64,000 bases of DNA. It comes from Escherichia phage vB_EcoM_G2540. Position numbers and translations under genes: made by a program. Within the stretch, counting starts at the first letter, position 1. Each line of letters begins with the position of its first letter. The DNA lies in the sequence record MK327936.1; one strand, given 5' to 3'. Below the pieces are notes generated by a model. That model searched no databases, was not told where the DNA came from, and saw only the letters and a program-made list of their open reading frames with translations. Positions 59,279 to 64,000 of the stretch are shown in pieces.

Positions 59279-59568
59279 TCAGTCTCCAATTTAATGTTCA
59301 TAATTCTAGCGTATGATTGTGCCATCTCCGCGCCTCGCTCTATACATTCAAAATCGGAAGAGCACGGGTCATTTTTATAAGTCGTTCGCATAAAACTATA
59401 GAACTGTTCAGATGATTCTACGCTTTTGTTTTCAAAAAGCATATAAACGTGTCTAATACCAGATTCCATAAATTTATCAAAATGAGAATCGACATTCGCT
59501 TCAATTGGTGGAGATAAAGCAAATGCTAATCCTAGCATGGCAAATAGTGCCGTTGCTTTTAAGGCCAT
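59275..59568 (-). CDS. rI: lysis-inhibition regulator RI, 97 aa
   Basis: 97 aa; MALKATALFAMLGL...[69 protein letters not shown] matches recalled T4 RI. Confidence 0.8.
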   Translation of the reverse strand: MALKATALFAMLGLAFALSPPIEANVDSHFDKFMESGIRHVYMLFENKSVESSEQFYSFMRTTYKNDPCSSDFECIERGAEMAQSYARIMNIKLETE

Positions 59569-59580
59569 AAAGGCCTCCTA

Positions 59581-59793
59581 TCATTTTTGTCCTGTATTTA
59601 CTTTATGCCGATGCACGGCCTTAACTTTATCAAGGTATTTTTCAAAATTTCGCAATCTAGTATAGTCTGCCGGAGATTGGTTGAGTGATACTTCTCGACG
59701 CAAAGCTGAAATGATATTTCCAACTTCCCTACGAATTTCATCTAATTGAAGAACAGTAAGATTGCGAAGTTGCTTTTCAGTTAATTGTAGCAT
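59581..59793 (-). CDS. small hypothetical protein, 70 aa (rI.1 position)
   Basis: ORF between the late promoter and rI. Confidence 0.4.
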
Positions 59794-59818
59794 ATATACC
59801 CCTTTAGTTAGATAAACC

Positions 59819-59826
59819 TATTTATA
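59819..59826 (-). promoter_or_regulatory. late promoter (TATAAATA)
   Basis: plus tatttata 59819-59826 is the reverse complement of TATAAATA; lies in the tk-rI.1 intergenic region. Confidence 0.5.
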
Positions 59827-59835
59827 ACTTTTGCA

Positions 59836-60417
59836 CTAACCGAGCTTTTTAGTTAATTCATTCCAATGTTTTCTACACAAAGAAACATAAATTTCATCAC
59901 CAATACAGATTTGATTACCTTCTTTAACTGGTGTTCCATCTTCCATTAATCGAGCTGTTATAATAGCTTTTTTACCACAATGACAAACTGCCTTTAGTTC
60001 AATAAGTTTATCTGCAATCGCCAAAAGTTCTTTAGAACCTTCAAATAATTTTCCAGCGAAATCAGTCCTTAGCCCATAAGCCATAACAGGAACATTATAT
60101 GTATCAACAATTCGACTTAATTGATGCACCTGTTCAGTTTTTAAAAACTGAGCTTCATCTACAAATACACAATGAATATCTTTTTGTGCTTCAGCCCATT
60201 TATAGAACTCAAAAATATCCATATCATCCGTAATAATATTCGCTTCCTGCTTAATTCCAATGCGAGAAACGACTTCACAGACAGAATCGCGAGTATCAAT
60301 AGCAGGCTTAAGAACTAATACACCCATTCCGCGTTCTTTATAATTATGTGCAGCAGTCAAAAGAGAAGCAGATTTTCCAGCATTCATTGCTGCGTAAGTA
60401 AAAATTAAACTCGCCAT
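59836..60417 (-). CDS. tk: thymidine kinase, 193 aa
   Basis: 193 aa as in T4; P-loop (AAMNAGKS) and C-terminal Zn-binding Cys pairs. Confidence 0.8.
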   Translation of the reverse strand: MASLIFTYAAMNAGKSASLLTAAHNYKERGMGVLVLKPAIDTRDSVCEVVSRIGIKQEANIITDDMDIFEFYKWAEAQKDIHCVFVDEAQFLKTEQVHQLSRIVDTYNVPVMAYGLRTDFAGKLFEGSKELLAIADKLIELKAVCHCGKKAIITARLMEDGTPVKEGNQICIGDEIYVSLCRKHWNELTKKLG

Positions 60418-60426
60418 ATCACCTTC

Positions 60427-60612
60427 TTAAAGCATATTCACATAAGCTATTAATTCGTTTTCTTTCTTATCAAACCGATCAGCAAATTCTTCTTGCTGTT
60501 CGGGAGATAGCGGGCCGTATTCATCATAAAAGGTGTTTGCTTCTGTATGCTCATCTAGAAGTTCATGGATAAGCTCAAACAATTTATCTTTTTGTTCTTT
60601 ACTCAGACTCAT
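60427..60612 (-). CDS. small acidic protein, 61 aa
   Basis: ORF immediately downstream... positioned next to tk. Confidence 0.4.
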   Translation of the reverse strand: MSLSKEQKDKLFELIHELLDEHTEANTFYDEYGPLSPEQQEEFADRFDKKENELIAYVNML

Positions 60613-60778
60613 ATATTAATTTCCAGGAGTTTTAAAATAATTCGCTTTTGCTTAAATATTTCCATAGTTAAATGACCAGTATCTTTTTGACCGATTCCAA
60701 TGGCAAAACCTTTATTGACAGCGAGTTCAATTAAATTATCAAGCTCACGTAACACTTCATACTGTAACTCAAAACTAT

Positions 60779-60991
60779 TCATTTCGGTTTACCTTCTTTA
60801 ACGAAATCTGGATAAGGATAAAATCCCGAATAAAATCCTTCACCTTTATGATTGATGCATCCTTTATTAGAACAATAGCACCAATAATCGAAATCACAAG
60901 CCATTTCATCGTTGCATAAAGCAAAAACAACTGGCCATTTACACTTTTCACAATGGGCATTTTTAAGAATACTAGTTTGGCTCATAACCAT
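60779..60991 (-). CDS. small Cys-rich protein, 70 aa
   Basis: ten Cys (CEKCKW...CNDEMACDFDYWCYCSNKGC); preferred over the overlapping alternative frame. Confidence 0.35.
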   Translation of the reverse strand: MVMSQTSILKNAHCEKCKWPVVFALCNDEMACDFDYWCYCSNKGCINHKGEGFYSGFYPYPDFVKEGKPK

Positions 60992-61209
60992 GTAACCTTT
61001 AAGCAGTATTCTTCTACATGCTGTTTACGACCTTTCTTATCAATAAAGGTATATTCAACGAATGTTCCAATGTAGTCTTTATCTACATCATGCGGACTAT
61101 TAATTGGACATTTAGTACGGCAAATGCGTTCCCATTGACGAATAATTACTGCCTTATTCTTTGGGTCATATGGATGTGGATAATGTATATTCATAATAAC
61201 GGTTCCCAA
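60982..61209 (-). CDS. small hypothetical protein, 75 aa
   Basis: ORF. Confidence 0.35.
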   Translation of the reverse strand: MGTVIMNIHYPHPYDPKNKAVIIRQWERICRTKCPINSPHDVDKDYIGTFVEYTFIDKKGRKQHVEEYCLKVTWL

Positions 61210-61658
61210 TCAACAATCACAATTTCTAATTTAGAGGAATATGTATCTAAAATCCCCTCAATAATATCCCAGTTCCCTTTACCTATGCCTGCACCAATCC
61301 TAGGCATATAGATTGTAGGTTTAATCAGTTTATTTTCACCAAACTCATTTAATTCTAACATACAATTCATTAAAGCGGAATACTCAAAATTTGGCCCTGG
61401 TTGAAATTGAGTATAAAGGTTGAAGCAATACGCTTTATGAGTCCTAAAATATTTTTCATAGACTGAGTAAGAACCGAGTTTAGTTACATCACCCCATTCA
61501 GTCTGTAATTTATCAGCTTCCAAAATTTTAGGGAAAGCTTTGGTTAATTGACCCGCTACGCCTGAACCCATAGTATGAAAACAATTGCATCCATGCGCAA
61601 TATTTTTACCTTCAGCGAAAAGGGCGACAATATCGCCCTTGATATATTTTACAATCAT
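61191..61658 (-). CDS. macro-domain protein (candidate ADP-ribose binding/hydrolase), 155 aa
   Basis: macro-domain-like motifs: IAHGCNCFHTMGSGVAGQL (cf. NAAN...GGGV loop) and PRIGAGIGKGNW (cf. PAISTGIYG). Confidence 0.5.
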   Translation of the reverse strand: MIVKYIKGDIVALFAEGKNIAHGCNCFHTMGSGVAGQLTKAFPKILEADKLQTEWGDVTKLGSYSVYEKYFRTHKAYCFNLYTQFQPGPNFEYSALMNCMLELNEFGENKLIKPTIYMPRIGAGIGKGNWDIIEGILDTYSSKLEIVIVDWEPLL

Positions 61659-61996
61659 CTAGTACTCAATCCTCGATTATAAGAATCTACCAAACGGTCA
61701 ACCATTGAATGACAAGCGGCTTTATCTTTCTCCTCCGCAACTGAACATTCTAAGGTATTCCACTTTTTAGCATATCGTTTTAACAATGTATCATTTTTAT
61801 ATCTGCTTGATTTATCTCTTTCTCCGTCTTTATATGCATATATTAATTTCTGCGCAAATTCAGCTTGGCATGCTTTATTTTTCCCGCAATAATCCGCGGC
61901 AGTACGGTTTACATACTCTCTAATTTCAGTATATGATGTATCTGCTAACGCAGAAAATGAAATTAATCCTATACATAAAACCAAAATTTTAGTCAT
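61655..61996 (-). CDS. secreted protein, 113 aa
   Basis: signal peptide MTKILVLCIGLISFSALA; several Cys. Confidence 0.45.
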   Translation of the reverse strand: MTKILVLCIGLISFSALADTSYTEIREYVNRTAADYCGKNKACQAEFAQKLIYAYKDGERDKSSRYKNDTLLKRYAKKWNTLECSVAEEKDKAACHSMVDRLVDSYNRGLSTR

Positions 61997-62534
61997 TTAC
62001 TATTTCCAAAAGTTTATTATTTTTAAGGTAATTAGCCTTTTCTAGGACTTCAGAAGCATATTTAGAACCTGCTTTAACATTCCATCCCGAATTATAAGAG
62101 GATATTGCTTTTCTTATATCGCCCTTATGTATATTTAACCAATAAGAAAGTTCAATGTACGCCCAGGAAGCTGAATTGGACCGTTTATTCAACATTCTTT
62201 TTATTTCTGCATCGGTCATATTATAACCAAGTTCCTTAACTCTTGCTCGCATAGTAGGCAAATAATTTTGGAACATTCCGTAGGCGTGATGCTTTGGTTT
62301 AGATTTTAAATTAACTCCGCCAGAGCTTTCTTGCCATAAAATAGCAGCCATTATATGACCTAATCCGCTCTTATGGATATTTTTGTGTGTTTTATATTTT
62401 CCATCCTTAGAAAATTGTTCCCCGAATTGATACGCGTAACGCATGTTATCGAGTTGGACATTACTGAAAGTATGCTCGGAGCTATGTGCCATCATTGAAA
62501 TGGCCAATAGACCAGCGAGTAGTGCTTTTCTCAT
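61989..62534 (-). CDS. periplasmic lytic transglycosylase (SLT domain), 181 aa
   Basis: signal peptide MRKALLAGLLAISMMAHS; catalytic-Glu motif AAILWQESSGG and downstream YN.G-type motif. Confidence 0.55.
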   Translation of the reverse strand: MRKALLAGLLAISMMAHSSEHTFSNVQLDNMRYAYQFGEQFSKDGKYKTHKNIHKSGLGHIMAAILWQESSGGVNLKSKPKHHAYGMFQNYLPTMRARVKELGYNMTDAEIKRMLNKRSNSASWAYIELSYWLNIHKGDIRKAISSYNSGWNVKAGSKYASEVLEKANYLKNNKLLEIVND

Positions 62535-62541
62535 GCTTACC

Positions 62542-63003
62542 TCATTGAGTTTTAATTACTGCTTTAGAAGCCTTTCCTGGTAAACGACGACTGTTGATAA
62601 TTGCCATCCTGCATTGAAGTGACGGGTTTTTGAACTTCTCATTAGGCTTACAAACCGTAAATCCAAGCCAAAGATTTCCATCTGTGATTTCTAAACGTCC
62701 AGGACGATATTCAACCCCATCAATAAAATCCTCGTCAATGTCAGGACGCGGAGGCATACTCAGGAATTCATTAACTTCTAAAACATGGTCTTTTATTTTA
62801 TGGAATAATTCAAAAACATATGTCTCATCAATCTCCCGTTGAATTGCACGATCAAGAAGATGCTGAGAATATTTTAGATGAAACGATGAGACTCCTGCTG
62901 CTTTTGATGCCTCACGAATCTCATTGTTAATTTGACGAAACTCCGACTCAAAGTGACGACGAAGCTTATTTCGACGGATAAAAACTTCTGTATTGATAGT
63001 CAT
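62542..63003 (-). CDS. regB: endoribonuclease RegB, 153 aa
   Basis: 153 aa as in T4; position between the vs block and denV. Confidence 0.75.
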   Translation of the reverse strand: MTINTEVFIRRNKLRRHFESEFRQINNEIREASKAAGVSSFHLKYSQHLLDRAIQREIDETYVFELFHKIKDHVLEVNEFLSMPPRPDIDEDFIDGVEYRPGRLEITDGNLWLGFTVCKPNEKFKNPSLQCRMAIINSRRLPGKASKAVIKTQ

Positions 63004-63030
63004 GTTATTCTCCTCTTAACTGATAGAAAA

Positions 63031-63060
63031 ATTATACCACAGTCAAGAGGAAAAGTAAAC
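63031..63060 (-). promoter_or_regulatory. T4-type early promoter
   Basis: plus gtaaac 63055-63060, 18-bp spacer, plus attata 63031-63036; upstream of regB. Confidence 0.5.
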
Positions 63061-63062
63061 AG

Positions 63063-63650
63063 TTATTCTTTAAATCTAATCAATTTATTCATAGACTTTG
63101 AAACTTCTGCACGAACCTCATGTAAGTTTTTAAGCTGTTCAAGACGCTGCTCATAGTAAGCAATTTCATCTTCTTCGAGACAGTCCTGTGAATCTTCTTT
63201 AAGATAACGTGCATAGTCCTGAAAAGCTTTACGGACTACTTCCTGGAAGTCATCAAGACTTTGAATTTTCTTAGGAGCGGCAGATACACGACGAGGTGCA
63301 GTATAATACTCATAACCAAACCCTGCACTTAATTGAGCCATTAGTATTTTTCCTCTGGTTGGAATATCGCTGATGTCAGGAACTTCAGTATCTTTTATAC
63401 TAAACCCACGTTTTAAGCATTCCGTTATAATGTCTGATTGACGCTTTCGCAAAAATTCTAACTTATCGTAAAAGAACGTAACATGACCAGAGCCTAAAAT
63501 AAACTCGGAAGATATTTTAAAATCTTTAACCCGCTTACCATTTGCCACATGTTTACGAACTATACCAAAAACACGCGGCAATTCACGATACTCAGCCATA
63601 AGATGTTGGTCGGTCAGTTCAGAAACAAGTGTTAAATTGATACGAGTCAT
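63063..63650 (-). CDS. denV: endonuclease V (pyrimidine-dimer DNA glycosylase) homologue with divergent, extended C-terminus, ~195 aa
   Basis: first ~100 aa match recalled T4 DenV ([12 protein letters not shown]...[10 protein letters not shown]); T4 is 138 aa; start placed at MTRINL after a GGAGGA Shine-Dalgarno. Confidence 0.7.
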   Translation of the reverse strand: MTRINLTLVSELTDQHLMAEYRELPRVFGIVRKHVANGKRVKDFKISSEFILGSGHVTFFYDKLEFLRKRQSDIITECLKRGFSIKDTEVPDISDIPTRGKILMAQLSAGFGYEYYTAPRRVSAAPKKIQSLDDFQEVVRKAFQDYARYLKEDSQDCLEEDEIAYYEQRLEQLKNLHEVRAEVSKSMNKLIRFKE

Positions 63651-63677
63651 AATTTCCTCCAAGTAGTTGATGAATGT

Positions 63678-63707
63678 ATAGTATCAAAGTCCTTGGAGGA
63701 AGTAAAC
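63678..63707 (-). promoter_or_regulatory. T4-type early promoter
   Basis: plus gtaaac 63702-63707, 18-bp spacer, plus atagta 63678-63683; upstream of denV. Confidence 0.45.
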
Positions 63708-63708
63708 A

Positions 63709-63990
63709 CTATTTTTCTGAAGCGCCTGAAATATATTTTTCAAGACGTTGTTTCATTAGCGAGCCGTTCTTAGCGATTTCTTCTGGTTTATCGCACATAC
63801 GCAACAAGGCTTCAAGCTTAACGATATCGCTGGTACGTTCAAATTTGCGAGTATCTATCTTACTAGCAAGTTCAGAAATACGTGCTAATAGACTTTCAGC
63901 TTCAACCAAAGCTGCACCTAGCTTAGTTGCAAATGTGTCAGTAGCTTCGTTAAGAATAGATTCTGATAAAAATTCACTATATGTTTTCAT
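63709..63990 (-). CDS. internal protein (IPII-like) with capsid-targeting N-terminus, 93 aa
   Basis: N-terminus MKTYSEFLSE resembles the T4 internal-protein capsid-targeting sequence (MKTYQEFIAE); position next to denV. Confidence 0.55.
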   Translation of the reverse strand: MKTYSEFLSESILNEATDTFATKLGAALVEAESLLARISELASKIDTRKFERTSDIVKLEALLRMCDKPEEIAKNGSLMKQRLEKYISGASEK

Positions 63991-64000
63991 ATATACGCTT

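Noticed and set aside
60775-60960. 61-aa hydrophobic ORF almost fully overlapping the Cys-rich 70-aa ORF in another frame
   Set aside because: Only one of the two frames can be real; the Cys-rich frame was preferred, but this is a weak choice and the alternative cannot be excluded.

Overview
This window reads as the first ~64 kb of a T-even (T4-like) myovirus genome, starting exactly at the stop codon of rIIA. Gene order matches T4: rIIA, topoisomerase gp39, dexA, dda, modA/modB, soc, dCTPase gp56, dam, primase gp61, sp, dmd, helicase gp41, gp40, uvsX, a beta-glucosyltransferase-like gene, dCMP hydroxymethylase gp42, imm, DNA polymerase gp43, regA, clamp loader gp62/gp44, clamp gp45, rpbA, gp46/gp47, alpha-glucosyltransferase, late sigma gp55, nrdH/nrdG/nrdD, endonuclease VII gp49, nrdC, a block of unknown genes, rI, tk, regB, denV and an internal-protein gene. 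Almost all genes are on the minus strand; the two clear plus-strand genes are an HNH endonuclease and a small membrane ORF. It is not T4 itself: gene 39 is unsplit (no gene 60/mobA) and nrdD has no intron. Identifications rest on protein length, recalled T4 sequence and synteny, not on any database search. No tRNA, rRNA, CRISPR array or integrase was seen. Regulatory features called are a repeated early-promoter motif, three late-promoter octamers and eleven tetraloop terminators. Main points of interest: frameshifts in homopolymer runs split the bgt-like gene and a motB paralogue; a GT-A-like ORF sits between bgt and gene 42; a nuclease-like ORF is translationally coupled to dam; four tandem paralogues carry C-terminal coiled coils; an AAA+ ATPase pairs with an unknown 328-aa protein; and a macro-domain protein sits next to a lytic transglycosylase.
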